Assembly: GCF_040938485.1 (NCBI RefSeq) | Contig: NW_027271579.1 | Coordinates: 496,001 to 560,000, forward strand | Length of the DNA stretch: 64,000 nucleotides | From: Diadema antillarum | Taxonomy: Eukaryota | Reading direction: 5' to 3' | Shown here: positions 39,414-53,727 of the stretch, piece by piece | Layout: every line of letters starts with the position of its first letter | How positions within the stretch are numbered: position 1 is the stretch's first letter | The notes under the pieces: model-generated | The model's input: only the letters and a program-made list of their open reading frames with translations | What the model was told of the DNA's origin: nothing | Database searches by the model: none | Made by a program: the position numbers and the translations under genes

Positions 39414-40261
39414 CATTACCCCAAACATCATCTGAATTAACAGGGCTCGACATTAGCGGTGGCCCGGTGGTCCGGAGCCACTAAAATTTATGTCGGGCCA
39501 CTAACCTTTAATAAAAGGCTATCTTTTGGCAGATTGATCGGGCAACTTAGATTCAAAATGGATTACATGTATCATATTTCCTTCTATTTCGGGAGGCTCT
39601 TTTTCGCGCCACCATAATTTCAGATTTCAAAATTTTAGTGCCGCTTTCGTGCCATCAGAAAAAAAGTTAGTGTCTTGCCCTGATGTACCCATCTGTTCTC
39701 CCAAGTGAAGAGGGACATGTGTAAGACCTCTTGTCCACGAAATATCGAAGCACCGAACAAGATTCGAACTCAGAACCTTCCGTTTAAGTCATCAAGTTCA
39801 AGGTAGCTTCGGTGCAGGAATTAACTTGTTGTGACCCGTGCAGCGCTGGTGGTCACTGTATATGACGATTATCTTATATTGGAGAAAACATGAGTTGGCT
39901 CTTGCTAATCCTCTGACGTGAAGGAGGCAAGAACTGTGATCTGGTAAACATGTTACCATATTTACAATTCAGTTACTAATTCAAAAACTCGGAGGATTTT
40001 GTAAATTCTGCTATCTAAGTATTCTAATAAATGGTACACATAAACAAGGGGCACAAGAGAAGGGGGATCTTTATTCTGCCTTACGAAATGCGGACGATGA
40101 ATTGTATAAATATCATAATGCATGTATAGAGGAAAATACAAAAGCACAGGAATGTGCCTCTCACAGAGCCTTTCATCATAATGACAAAACTCTGCTTCGG
40201 CCATATAGGTGTTTCACATGTTCATCATCCTGTGCAACGTGATACTGTGCAACAGTATCCC

Positions 40262-40389
40262 NNNNNNNNNNNNNNNNNNNNNNNNNNNNNNNNNNNNNNN
40301 NNNNNNNNNNNNNNNNNNNNNNNNNNNNNNNNNNNNNNNNNNNNNNNNNNNNNNNNNNNNNNNNNNNNNNNNNNNNNNNNNNNNNNNNN
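40262..40389. other. Assembly gap (128 N)
   Basis: Run of N; true size unknown. Confidence 1.
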
Positions 40390-43300
40390 TTAAATGAAGG
40401 TGTTTCGTTATGACCTCTCAGGCCACGACACCTCACCTAAAATCCCTATGAAATAATGGTGACCAATATCATTGTTGTGTGGCAAGATGTCACACTTCAA
40501 AATTTGATAATTATCTCATGTTTATTTCCCTACCTTATGTCAATGAAATTCCATGCTCTTTATACTGTTTGGCTAAAGCAGTATCATTTTAGTCACCCGA
40601 CTCCTGTTCTGCATAATTGATTTTCAATCAACGTGAGATTGATCAACTGTAACATGTGGAAGATTTGAAATGATTTTTATCTATCTCTCTCTCTCTCTCT
40701 CAAAAAAAAATAATAAATACAAAAATGACTGAATACAAATCACTCCCTGACCTTTCAATTTTATTTCAGTAACGTTGTCAAAGGAGAAACACCTTGTCCC
40801 TTCTTCTGGTGTCTTGCACTGTTGAGAAGAATAATCCCATCTATTACAGGCAAGTTTGAAAGGTATGAACCATATAACATGTAGAGTTGTAGTACATATA
40901 TACAATGTATTGTTGCATGCTATACAGTGTACGGTGTACCAAAGTGTCTGATGTTGTGTATAGATATGAAGATATACGCATTAGTATAGGGTTGACATTA
41001 TATATTATTAATATATACATATTATAGCGCTTCAAACAGGGCAAAAGCATGTGAGTGACGGGTTTGCTTTTCTCAATACACTTTTACACAGTATACCAGT
41101 AGTGTTAGATTATTATGGAGTAAATGGATGATGCTAAACTTATGCTCTTGGTTCGTAAATCACTTGATTGTGACAGCATAATCCTCAAAATATGTGTTTG
41201 CTACATAGGGTGTTTTCGTGCATCTGAATATTATTCATGCATGCAGTTCAATTAACTAAGTTAGACAATATCGGAAATTGGGGCGATTAACTGCCTTCAA
41301 CTGCGTTCTTTTCCAAAAGCTATGAGTGTATAGAGATAAAAAATTCCTTAGTTCTTCCTCATACGGGCCCGGTCTCGGTACATGGGGATTGGTGAGTGCC
41401 GACAATCGTTTCGTTTCGATGCACTGCATGCCTATTCTGTCAGTGCACAAAATCTTGTTCATTAATGCGATTCATTGGGATATAGAAGATAACGGTCCAC
41501 GAGTGTTGTCTTTTCTTCTTCTTTTTTTTTTCTTCAAAGTTTCAACCCCCAAATCCTTTGTGTCTTCTTTCATTTTGTTTTCTGCATCTGTACGATTGAT
41601 CATGTATGGTAATATATTGTACTGCCTTCAGGATAGTTGTTCGGGCGAAACAACGCCCCCGAGGAAGAGTTCAGTATACATGTGTATACGTCAACATAAA
41701 TTTGTTATCTAATATCAATCTACAACGGTGTTGAAACTCTCTATACAGAATGAACAATTCACAGCTTCTTTGTTGTTGTCATGTACACATGTGTATACTG
41801 CTGGTATTTGCTATGGCAGTAGGACTTCATCTTTTCGATTGTCGTGTGTACAGCATGATGTGACCAGGGAGGTGGAAGAAAGAGCACCTCCCTGATGTGA
41901 CGGTGTATATCGTTAAATAATGGTAAACGTCACGACGAGTGTCACAGTATTACAATTTGAAATTAGTAACCTAAGGAAGAGAACATTTTTCGCAGTTCAT
42001 ACTATAAGTTGGCAAAAACACAAAATTCCACGAAATGACAGTCGGAGTATGACTGGATGTCCTAATATACGAATGTAGACATGAGGGGCATCTTTGAGTT
42101 TTTGTTTGGCATTCAGTACATACAAAAACAAAACACAGTTTACTTGTATATTAGCATTCAACCCTGTTGGTAATATTTGATATTAGATGGCACAGAGTGG
42201 GAAAAAACTGGGTCGTTAAACACTCTTGGAGGAATGAGTTCGGGAAAAGATGACTAATGATGTGAGTTATACCGCACGTAAGCTGCAGTAGGAAGTTGGG
42301 TTATTTCTTTATGTACCCCCCCCCCGATCTTTGAGAGATTTTCGAGGGACGTGATGAAAATCAAATAACATTTTCTTTCTCATGTATCTCCTTCTCCTGT
42401 ATTATGGCTGAAGATAATGTACCGCCCTATTCAGACGACATTAGAAAAGGCTTTCGATTGAGTTTTTACACATGTGCACTGTACATCATATCTTGTCTTA
42501 CACAACGAAGCCCGGAAGGGTAACTGTGCCTATCATAGCTACAGTGTACATTGTATTTGTACCTTATACTAGTTATAGAAGAATGTAATTGCCCATAAAG
42601 ATTATACTTCATATCGTCGTAAAAACATGTGATTTGTGACTACTGCGAGATACGCAGCGCGATACTAACATGCGATGAGTGCACACTATAAAATAATATT
42701 GTATGCCAAGAGTTATGAGCATATCTTTATTATATACATATAGGCCTAACTAAATAAATTGTGTGCGTGAAATTCATAATCAAAGGTTATGGGTCTTCAA
42801 ACAGCGTCAAAAGTATGTTACAATATCTATCGAGTTACAAACTAGTAATACTTCACATACACCGCATGTCCATGTGGCAAAAAGATGGAGTAAATTATAA
42901 ATATCATACTTCAAGTTCTTTCTGTGATGGGGCATTCGGCATCCAGTTACTCCCATCACACATCGATCGCAAAGAGAGATAATTTGACGGGACACTCGAT
43001 GCAATGGTACAAAGCCATCGAGTAGAATCTATTCCAAAAAAGAAAAATCTGCATCACCAGCACCATGAGAGACCCGAGACAACATAGTGACGTCATACAG
43101 TATCATCATTTATCAGATAAAACCAGGGAGGTCACCTCCCTGGATAAAACCAACTGAAAAATGATGGTCAGTTTCCCTCTTTTATCGAGACCTGTAAATT
43201 GTATTATACAGCGCCATGAGTATCTTTTTATGTAGAATGGGCGCTTTATAAGAGTCTCTCTATAGTTTCCAATATAATAGCACATAAATCGGCTCTCAAA

Positions 43301-44085
43301 TAAAGTTCTATATGCCAATATGTTGATTATCTGCAACTTCTTATTGCTATGGGACAGGGGAGTGGTGTGAGGGGACACCTATATTTAATGTAAGCATTCT
43401 GTCAGCGAACGAACTGTTTTGCTCTTTGTACACACTGCCTTTGACAAAGATGTATTGAGTGAAAGTCGAGGACGTGCCAAATCATCAGCGAGTATCCGTT
43501 GTGACATTTGAACTCAGGTTTCCAGTGTCCAAAGACAGACACCATTCATGTCCACTGGAGCAGTCATCGTGCTACTCTGGCCCTGGGCAGCTACACCTAG
43601 CCACCTCGTGTTTGAATGGCAACACAGCATGTCTTGGCGTACATATCCCGAGCTGAATTTAAAAAAAAGCCATTTTGGTTGTCCTACACTAAAATAGGCA
43701 ATCATGCACTTTACGCCATAAAATAAATGACTACATACAACAAAACATTCTAAACATCATATTACACAGGGGTATGTCAGACATTTTATCGGATAATTTG
43801 TATGCGGGGGTCCACGACGACTCCTACACTGTACGTACCACGTGTGATAGTCTTTACAAACCATGGCGCTACTTTACTTTTTGACTCCTGCACGATCACC
43901 CAAACAAGAGGGAGTAAACACAAATGTGCAATGTTGAAAACTATCATAACTTGTTTAAATTGAAGTGACAACAGGTCTTCAGCTCTAAGCACAAACTAAA
44001 CTCAAGGAAACAAACGATTTGAAATGAGGATAATACAGCTCCCTTCGTACTCCAAGAAAATAAGATAAAACTAGAATTTGGAGTC

Positions 44086-44148
<63 letters not shown>

Positions 44149-44473
44149 AAATGTTTATAAACAATATATTCATGGATGGGTATCCGAACTTTTCCGAAAT
44201 GAATATATCGATATACCCGAAACAAAATCCTTTTGGAATTTTCATAACTTTCAACAATAACTGAATATACTCCACTTCATTCAAGAATTTTTGCAACAAG
44301 AATTTGCATGGTATACAAGATCAATGGCAATGGATTCGAAGGCATCAAATTTACATATCGAAACCCAAACTTCACGTCCAAATCAGAAACGCACCAAAAC
44401 ATTGGTTTAAAAAAACACCACAAACAAACTAAGAAATACTTAAAGGAAACGTGAATCCGATGTAAATACTCAC

Positions 44474-45050
44474 TTATACACATCACTGCCAATAGTCGTA
44501 CAAATATATCGGGAGGGCCGCAATCCGAGTCGGCGTAAAACGGTTGCACGACATAATTCGCGAATGTCAAGGCTATGATGCTTTGCCCAGTTGGATTGAT
44601 GATAAGAAGTGTCACCCAGAGAAGAATGAAAGCTGGTAAAGGTCCAAATGCAGTCAATATATAGGAGTATTCCCCACCTGATTTGACGATGGTGGTTCCC
44701 AACTCGGCAAAGCACAGTGCACCGATCAGGGAAAAAATGCCGGACACAGTCCACACGACGAGGGACATGCCCACAGAGCCAGCATTTTCCAGCACGCTTT
44801 TTGGCGAGAGGAAAATACCGGAGCCGACGATGCAGCCCGTGATGATGGTGACGCCATTGACCCAGCTGATTTCTTTCCTCAGACGAACTGGTTCATCATG
44901 GCTTCCGCCGTTCATTTGTTTGATTTTGACGTCGCTCTTTCCACCGAAATACGAGCTACCATTCATAATATCACCACTCACGTTGGGTATACACGGCTCT
45001 CGCGAAGTGTTCAGCACGGCCGCTATCTCCTCCTCCTTCGACGGCGGCAT
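44474..45050 (-). CDS. First coding exon (copy B) of a LAT/y+LAT-type SLC7 amino acid transporter light chain
   Basis: Motifs [35 protein letters not shown] and DCGPP. Phase-1 donor ATA A|GTGAGT (intron starts 44473). Strong acceptor ttctatttttctgcatgcag| puts the exon start at 45155, implying an upstream non-coding exon. Confidence 0.92.
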
Positions 45051-47224
45051 AGCTTGACGGACTATAGTTGTGCGGAAGCAATCTTATATATTCCTTATAA
45101 GGAACACACGATGTCGATCCGTATGTCACACTCAACTTCAACCACGGAATGCCAACTGCATGCAGAAAAATAGAAGTAATTTGCCTGTATGTATGTGTAG
45201 ATACGACACGGACAATGGTGGAACGTTATAGAGTAGTTGCTCAGGTATTTGTAAAAGCATGGACAAGTGAATAAGTTCATTCGCCACTTCCCGCGCTATT
45301 CTTTCGTTCCAGCGCGCATTCTGAGTGAGTGCAGTGATGCAAGCATCAGTGCACAGCACACACACACTCGAGAGTGAGAAATTGCTTTCGGGCGTGTGTG
45401 TTGACAGTCTTGAATACAGTAGTATGCCGGGTGTCAGCACTTCACTCCATCCAGTGTATACTCGTAGTGGTATGCTCGTTTTCTTCAGATCCATTCCCTC
45501 TTCGTGCTGCCGTTGCTAGGCACAAAGACGCTGTGAAAGGGAACACCAGTTCCCCCTCGCGGTGTCTGTTCTCTATAAACTGGCCGCGCGGACTGAAAAG
45601 CAGAGAAAATATGGAACAACGAATATAATGGTGTAATACTTCAGTATGTTAGCTTCATACAAAGTATATTAGCTGTTCAGGGGTAGGAGTATACTAAGTA
45701 GGATCCCGATAACATTGCAATTTCCACGCGTCCTTGCTCTGTAATGATCGCCCTTTTGGGAATGTCTCCCAAACAATTTGATAGACTTTTGTGTATGGGT
45801 TGTCTAAAAGATTCCCGTGGCATTCCAGTTCTAGTAACAGTTGTCAGCTCTTCTGATAACTCCTTCTTACACCTAGTAAGCAACATGTTTTGCCAGCATA
45901 CAAGAAGAAATTGAAGCACAATACTGTAATAGAAATAGGAAATAACTCTCAGTGTGTTTTAAACATGCATGGGATAAGGGTAACTTCACATACTAATATA
46001 TTTGGACGAGGAAGTGTTGCAAATGACATGTATAGCATGAGTATGCGATCAATGATAATAATAATAACAACAACGACACAAAAATCGTATGATGTATAGA
46101 TACTTTACTTCCTGAAATCACCATGATAATCTGTCAAATACACAGATACGCTTTTGGGCCTGACCTGTCAATATCTTCATTGTACTACGTAGGCATTACT
46201 CTAGTGATACTGAACCATGTGTCAAACGTGTGTGATGAACATTATTATATAAAGTAGCCGTATAACATTAATGTGATCGATTGGTTGAAACCGCAGTAAA
46301 GAGGGTATGCACTGTTCACCTCTTGCGGGAAATTACATTTCACTTATAGTTTGAGTGTGTATTCGATATCATGCAAGGTATATGTGTTGTTTTCATTCAG
46401 TAATTTCATTGATTCATCATTTTTTGTCTAAAGAAAGGTTCATACCACTTTTATACTTGTTGGCCCGAATTCACGAAGGTGGTACAAAATGAAACCATGG
46501 TTTAAACCATGGAAAAAAACCATGGAGAGCCAAGTGTCGCATGGAATATTTCGTTACGAATTCAGTCATTTCGTCGATGAATGATTATTTTGTAATGAAA
46601 TGACAACATTATGTAACTAAATGAACATTTAAACAACATGTAAACAACAGCTGATTTATGCAATGACATAGCAATGCACCTAACACATTCCACAACCTAT
46701 TGAATTATATTTTTCTGATATAATTTTATTTGAAACCCCCATGCAGTTATGGCCGACATTATACCAAGACTGTTTTATATTATGTATTTCCTAGGAATTG
46801 TCACCGCACCGTTAAGACAAGATTTACATGATGGGTATACAAGTTTTAGAAGCAATTAGGGTTGCTTGCAAAAGATGCGGTTTATTTTGTGATTGACTGT
46901 GTGCACAATAGACAAATTTACAACCTAATTTATTCAAACTGTATGCATACCTTTAACGCAAAGAATTTTCCTGACAACCAGAAGCCCTAATGCATAGGCA
47001 GTGCGTTCTAAACATTCAAATATATTTGAGTATAATCACATTATTTGGAATATGCCTATAGCCTTTACGAAGGGAAAATACCTTTAACTTCAAATTTATG
47101 AAATTCTTCCGTCGAGATGCTTTCATTGTAACTGATTGACAAATTGCCCTGCCTCGACCTTAATTACGTCGATGCAGAGCAATTTGTCAACCTTTGAACT
47201 TATCTTGTATTTTATTTATTTATA

Positions 47225-47278
<54 letters not shown>

Positions 47279-48366
47279 TATGTTCGCATTATGCCCCATA
47301 CCTAGGCCTGTATCATCTTGATACACTCTGTCGATTTTAAGGGGTGCATCGGAATAAAGACATGAACAAAAGGAGACTTTTTATTGTCTTCGTTTTCGTA
47401 AACTGCCACAATGAGGGACTATGTATAATGGGGATGAAACGGGATAATCTTTGATGGTGGTCATGACCGCACGTTAATCTGTTGGAAGCACCATCTCTGC
47501 CACGTAGCAAACAAATTACTGCCTTCTCTGGTCAAAGGCTTAGCTCTTCTTGAAGGAGAACTATTTCGAAGTACAAGTTAATGACAATACGTGTATTGCA
47601 CACTGTAGTTCCAACTACAATGGGTAGTCGAAACGGGCATTTGTATATACAGTCATTATGTAGATTTAATTTACGAACCAACGGGAAGTGCGGCAATTTA
47701 GGTCCTACTATGGGTTAATAACCTTCAACATCGTGATTAACAATAAGATTTCTGGACTTATCAAGCAGAGGGTGGAATTGGGTTGAGAGGTCTCCCCTGT
47801 GGATACTTCAACTCGTTTTGGCTGGGACAATGACAGGTGTCAAAGATAACAAAATTATGCCGGCTGCAGATAACGTCAAGAAAGGGTGATTACCGAAGGA
47901 GAAAGCTTCGCGCGTGGCTCAACGTGAATTAACCTTATACACAAAGTGTCACGAGTTTAAAGTCTGAACAAACTTATACCGTGTAATTAATTACCAGAGC
48001 TATTAACTCCAACCAAATTGTACGTTGATTAGATTAATTTTCCGACAAGCTTCCATTATTGACCGGAGCTCTTGGCTCTTCAAGACGTCGATTTTCATCT
48101 GCGTGTTCTCAATATGCTATATGGTATAAATGGTCGTTAATTTACATGCTGAAACCATCAAATATTGAAGTAGGTTTACCATCTTGTATGAAACTTGACA
48201 ATTACAAAGTAGGCTTATTTCTTTCGACATATCGGTAGTCTATTAATGGCAGTGCACAGTTTGCATTATTCTGTTTACACCTCGATGACACCACATGGAT
48301 GTACAATGTACTAAAGTATAAGAAATTTGTATACCTTTGAAGCCGGAGGATCACGAGTTTCTAGTA

Positions 48367-48704
48367 CAGTTCGACCCTGATTATCCGGCCTCCTTTTATC
48401 CGGAAATCTCTATCCGGACGCGTTCACGCAGTGAAGGACTTTTTTTTTCGTCCAAAAATTGAGAAAAAAACAGTGACTTTAAACTCAATTAAAATTTCTA
48501 CAAAACTCACACGATTTACCTACAATATTCCCGACAGAACTAACATAAATTCACACCACATTATCATCGTAAAAATAAGCAGTCATCACCACCGTTGCGG
48601 GGTACGCTACCTGCAGCTTGGACGGCAACACATTAACATTGTGTCTCCCATATCCGGCCAATTCGCTTATCCGGATGAATGGCTGGATAATCGAGGTCGA
48701 ACTG
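48367..48704. mobile_element. pogo/Tigger-like MITE (338 bp)
   Basis: CAGTTCGACCCTGATTATCCGG ... CTGGATAATCGAGGTCGAACTG, with TA TSD. Confidence 0.85.
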
Positions 48705-50350
48705 TATATACTGTAGACGTAGGTCGAGTCTTTATGGTATGCATAAACCAAACCTAAGAAATCCAAGGGGTACAGTTTATACACTCTCCCTCTAGCTATG
48801 GTTTATCAACAGTCAAGAATATACAGACAATTTGACCAATATTAGATTGCCGTAATTAAATAGATAAGTTGTACAGAATGTCAGCATAAGATACTGATTC
48901 ATTTCACATATTGATCATGGATGGCCAATTGAGCAATTGCTGTACGGAAACGTATATCACGCGTGCGGCAACCACAGAAATAGTACTTCCGTGGCGACGA
49001 CGACGGGGGCTTGTAACGTATACGGGGCAAAAGATGGCGCTAATTCGTTTGGTGACATGGTGGCAACCAGAAAAATAAAGGAGTTTCCAAACCGTGTGAA
49101 TGCCTGTGGAAGTTATTTTACGATGAAGACTGTAATTACAAGTAGGTACTCTAGGAAAAGCCTTTAGGGCACTAATGACGTCATTATATTGTAAATAAGA
49201 CGTATGTCGTGACTACTAGTATCTGTCGGGTAATCAAATCAAATCTGCTTTTGCTTTTTTTTTTTCTCTGGAAATTCTGTACTTATTTTGTACTCGCGTT
49301 AAAAACCCCACATTTTCTTACACGGGGAAAAACCCTTCTTGATCATGACAAGTTAGTTTCACATCCTTCGAACCACAATGCATGTGAGTCAATTTTCTAT
49401 CGTATCTGACATAGGAGTAGGTCCTACTACTTAAGATATTTAGATACATGCTTGTGCAACAACTTTCACTGATGTGTTCTACTAATGTTACTGCTTTCAC
49501 TCAATCCTAATTTCTCTTGGGAATTTTCGTTTCCTTTAACTAGAAACTCTCAAGGAAAAGTATATTATTGTACTAAATAAATTCAGAAGTTGGCATGTTT
49601 TATACTCTATGTAAAACTAATAGTATGTCACAAAGCAATTGTGACATCACAAAGCACTAATGACAGCGCGCCCTCCTTCGCACCGTCACTTTTGTTTGAC
49701 ACTTCATGATGATTATTATTTGTGAATGATGTCACATAGCAATTATGACATCACAAAGCACTTGTGACTTGCGGTCACTACTGCAAAATGTTATACAGTT
49801 ATTGTGACATCATAAAGCCGATATCGCCCGCTGCTTCGTATATACGTGACATCGCGCCCTGCTTCGTACTGTCACTACATGGTCCCTCCACAAACATCGC
49901 ATCCACCACACGACTTTTCGAATAAAACATGCATGTGGGTGCTTTTTCACTTATAGGAACAAAACTTTCATTAACAGAAACATTCAGCTTCTGTATCTGA
50001 AGGAGACAAACTTAATCAGAGAAGAAGAAGAAGAAGGAGAAACATTCAAATTCAAAACTAAATCGTATGTTCCTCCCGCATTATTGAATAAATAGCTTCA
50101 TTCTACTAATATAGTATGTCCAGGAGAATAGTGCTCCTTTTTACTTGCTTTTTATTTGGTTGTTATTTTCTTCTCCACTCTCTTATGTTTGCACACGCAT
50201 TTTTTTTTTTTGAAGCGCCATGGGGACCGACAGGAGGACCTGTGTGCCACTATAATATCATAATCATCATAGGCCTGTGTAGCCAGTATTATAATAATAT
50301 ATGGGCCTTTATACTTGTACGCTGTACTTATCTCGTTACTTATTAGCCTA

Positions 50351-50871
50351 TTATTACCTCCGCCAAGGGAGGAGGTTATGTTTTCGTTACACGTTGGTTT
50401 GTTTGTTTGTTTGTTCGTTCGTTTGTTCGTTTGTCCGTGTGCAAAATAACTCAAAAAGTAGTGATGGGATTGGGATGAAACTTGCAGGAAAGGTTGAGAA
50501 TGACACAAGTAACAAACGATTAACTTTTGGTAATGATCCGAGAATTTTAGGGGAATTTATGAAGGAGTTTTTATATTTTGGCAGGTAGGGTCAATGAACT
50601 TGGGAGTTCAGGCTGCGGGTATTTGAGGTTTGCATGCGCACACTAAAATGCGTGCTCTAGTTTCTGCTAGGGCGAGGCGCGCCATGCAGCTGAGGGTTTA
50701 TGACGTAACAAAGGCTTCAATATTGGGAAATCGGGCGACTTTCAGCACACACTGCTATAAATACGTATGAGTGGAAATCACTGATATCTCTATGGAAGGA
50801 CAAGATCAGTGGTGGAATTAATGAGCTGCATGCTTGGCGGAGGTCTGCACTCTCAGAGTGCTTTTCTAGTT
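50351..50871 (+). mobile_element. Helentron-associated non-autonomous element (DINE-1/HINE-like)
   Basis: Subterminal IRs ACCTCCGCCAAG / CTTGGCGGAGGT, internal (GTTT/GTTC)n, 3' stem-loop GCACTCTCAGAGTGC and T-rich ends. Confidence 0.8.
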
Positions 50872-50980
50872 GTCATTGTCATATTATTGTTATTATTGTC
50901 AGTGTCATTATTAATATTATTAATATCATCATTATTATCATCATCATCAATGTCTCTGCAGGGGCTATGGAATGCTTTTC

Positions 50981-51025
<45 letters not shown>

Positions 51026-51604
51026 ATGAAGTGGGTGAGTGTAGGTCACTAATTAGCGGCCCTGCATAATTATTATGCAATTTCAGTAGATTTATACTTG
51101 GTTGGTGCTTTTCCTATGTACCCTAATTTATGGAATCCAATCTTACTTTTGTTTGAGCAGACCTATAATCGGCAAACAACAAAGAGGCCTCATTGTGTGT
51201 CCTTGTTGCTTTCAAAAACTAAAATGAAGAAAACACATAGGAAAACATGATTAAAATATGAGGGTTTCAAGGGGCAAACATGCAAACAAAACATACATGA
51301 ACGTTCACCTGTCTCACAAGCTGTTTTAATGATCAATAGCGCATGAACAATAAAATATAATTTCTCTCCTGACCCCTTGTGTATACTTCAAGTTGATTGT
51401 CATTGCCAGTCAGTGTGCAAAGGGTGCTCAAACACCGCCATGCAATCTCCTCGCATAGTATAGCATTCCCATTTTTGGAATGATGCAGATTTCAATTTCA
51501 TATCATTGAAATGTCGTTACCAGGCAATCAATTAATTATCATAGCAATCCCACCAATACCACCTGCGCCCAACCCATTTTTGCATCCCTCCGCGATCAGA
51601 GAGG

Positions 51605-51641
<37 letters not shown>

Positions 51642-52232
51642 CGAGAGAGAGCAAAAAGAGACCCAACAACAATAAGGAGAAAAATGAAGGGAAAATCTCA
51701 CTTAGTAGTATGTGAATATTGATATGATATGATATTGATATGAGTAAAAAGATAACACTGCTAGGTGTACTACACAGAACAAGCACAGCACTTTGACTTT
51801 GAACAACTACTGAAGCAGAGATCCAAGACATGCTCTAGAGAGCGAGCTTGGTCACAGCATGGATCATTTTAGCTAACTTTAGAGAGTATAGGTGAAAAGA
51901 CTAATCACCCAAATGCCAAGCTCTGGCTACGTTTATATGGCAGCAGGAATGCTCGCGGTAGTCGTGGAGTGAGAACTTCTTGACTTTGAATGGAACAAAC
52001 CGTACCCCCCCCCCCCCCCCCCCCCCCCCGCCCCCGGCCCTAACTTGTACTCTAGACCGGACCACGCGGAGTATGAGTTCTGTGCTCTAGACACTGCATC
52101 TTATGCACGTGACTGCAAACCTGTTCAGCTACGTATACCCCTGTACTGTACACGGCCCGGAAAACGTGAATACCCTCATTACATCCTGTGGAACAGCAAG
52201 AAAAAGTTATCTTTTCGGGTTAAGCTTATCCG

Positions 52233-52272
52233 ATGAATTCCAACATGTCCGTCGAGCAGGTGCAGACAGAAG
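52233..52272 (+). CDS. CNEP1R1: CNEP1R1 (TMEM188, Spo7-like) exon 1
   Basis: Encodes MNSNMSVEQVQTE|D (second in-frame ATG at 52245 in CAACATG context), resembling vertebrate MNSLEQAED. Phase-1 donor G|GTTAGT. Confidence 0.7.
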
Positions 52273-53653
52273 GTTAGTTGGATCACAAGGGAAATTTGCT
52301 ACTAGTAATTCACGCTATACTTCTCTAAGCCATCCGTAGTTATTCTGTCACTAACATTGAAATGGGTATGCAGAGAGATACCAGTGTAGTGTATTACGTC
52401 GTGCGAGAGAGTGCGAGAGCTTTAAATGAATAGTCCCACGTGTTGGATAATGTGCTGGTGAATGTATTTTGACAGCGTTTGTATTCATACTCCTCTGCTA
52501 CATAACTAAACTGGGCTACGATTGAGCAGGCCTAACAAAATGAATGGGGAAATTGCGATGCGTTATTAAAGTCGTCTAATGATTAACGGTTACAGAAGGG
52601 CAACCACAGCTACACAGTAATTGTTCGGGCGAGAAGATAGAGCCCACCGGGCACCACGTACGTACTACCTAGCCCGATCAGACGCTGAGCTTCGCACACA
52701 CAGCAGGCACAGCCACTTTTTACAGCGACTGGGCTGTGTGTAATAGAGCCCACCTAGCTAGCCTTGGTACTAGGTCTAGGAAGATGCAATGATCAGTTGG
52801 GTAAAATCCCTCACCCCAGTGCACTCCTTGAAGTTGAAGTTGTACACAGTTATGTATACTGTGAAAGCTTCGGGCTGGTCGCAGTTAGGTAATCCCCTGT
52901 TTTACTGGCCGTCCATAGCCATAATCCTTCTTTAAAACCCTAGCGGCTAGCCCTAGGGTACCAACTGGTTAGATTGAACTATGTTAAGTAATGTACATTA
53001 AAACAGGGATGGGCCTATTGGTGCATGTAAAATATACATAAAATTGCATCAATAATATGAATAATGATGCCCTTGTCCTTGATTTTACTTGCACATTTTT
53101 TCTTTTGTTTGTGCATGCAATTACTAGTTGCATATACTGATGATGATGATGATGAAGATGATTTTTTTTTTTTTTTTTCACAAGAACTAGATCACTTTTC
53201 TGTTCCCAACACGATTGCATACAATCACATCACACAACATACCAGCCATCCTAGTTTAGCAGCTGTTGGCAAAGGCTTCCCAGAAGTAGAATCCTACCTA
53301 CATCCTCCCCTGAAAGCCCTGGTCTTATTTTTACTTCTTTTGATTTTGTCAGCTCTGGGCACAATAAAGTTAATACACAAATTTTGTTGTAAGAATAGAA
53401 CCAATCTACATGTACTTTTACTTTGTAACATACTTGAAGGTTAAGTTTATCTTAGAGATGTTTGGCATGACATAATGTGCATAAAACCAGGGGGAAGTCC
53501 ACAAACTCCACCAAACATCAAAAAAAGAATAAAAATGAAGGGGGGGAAAACATGTATATGTCAACAGAAGTACAAAGCGTGAAATGTAACTTTTGCATTT
53601 TACTGTATTAACTGACATTTTGTGTCCATTGCTTGGCTTGCTAGATTTTGCAG

Positions 53654-53727
53654 ACCTGAAAGCTTTCGAGCAGAGACTGATGGAAAGTGGTGGCATATGT
53701 GCGCCCATATGCATGGAAATGGACAGA
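53654..53727 (+). CDS. CNEP1R1: CNEP1R1 exon 2 (frame disrupted as assembled: 74 nt where 72 would keep frame)
   Basis: ttttgcag|AC CTG AAA GCT TTC GAG CAG AGA CTG encodes DLKAFEQRL (human DLKAFERRL). After removing one A the frame reads EVVAYVRPYAWKW. Donor |GTAAGC. Confidence 0.85.

Noticed and set aside
39685-39800. Possible second SINE (GTTCGAATC B-box on the minus strand)
   Set aside because: The A-box and boundaries are too decayed to support as a feature; not a tRNA gene.
41256-41462. EEELRN resembling SLC7 TEELKNP
   Set aside because: The flanking residues do not match the YxGWxxLN context, and there are no suitable splice sites.
44277-44473. C-terminal extension of the 257-aa SLC7 ORF (also 11025-11077 for copy A)
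   Set aside because: Read-through into the intron past a canonical GT donor; homology stops at the donor.
14494-50795. CCATAGAGATAT at 14494 and its reverse complement at 50784-95 as TIRs of one giant element
   Set aside because: They are 36 kb apart with only a 12-bp match and no TSD, and the right copy lies inside an unrelated Helentron-like element.
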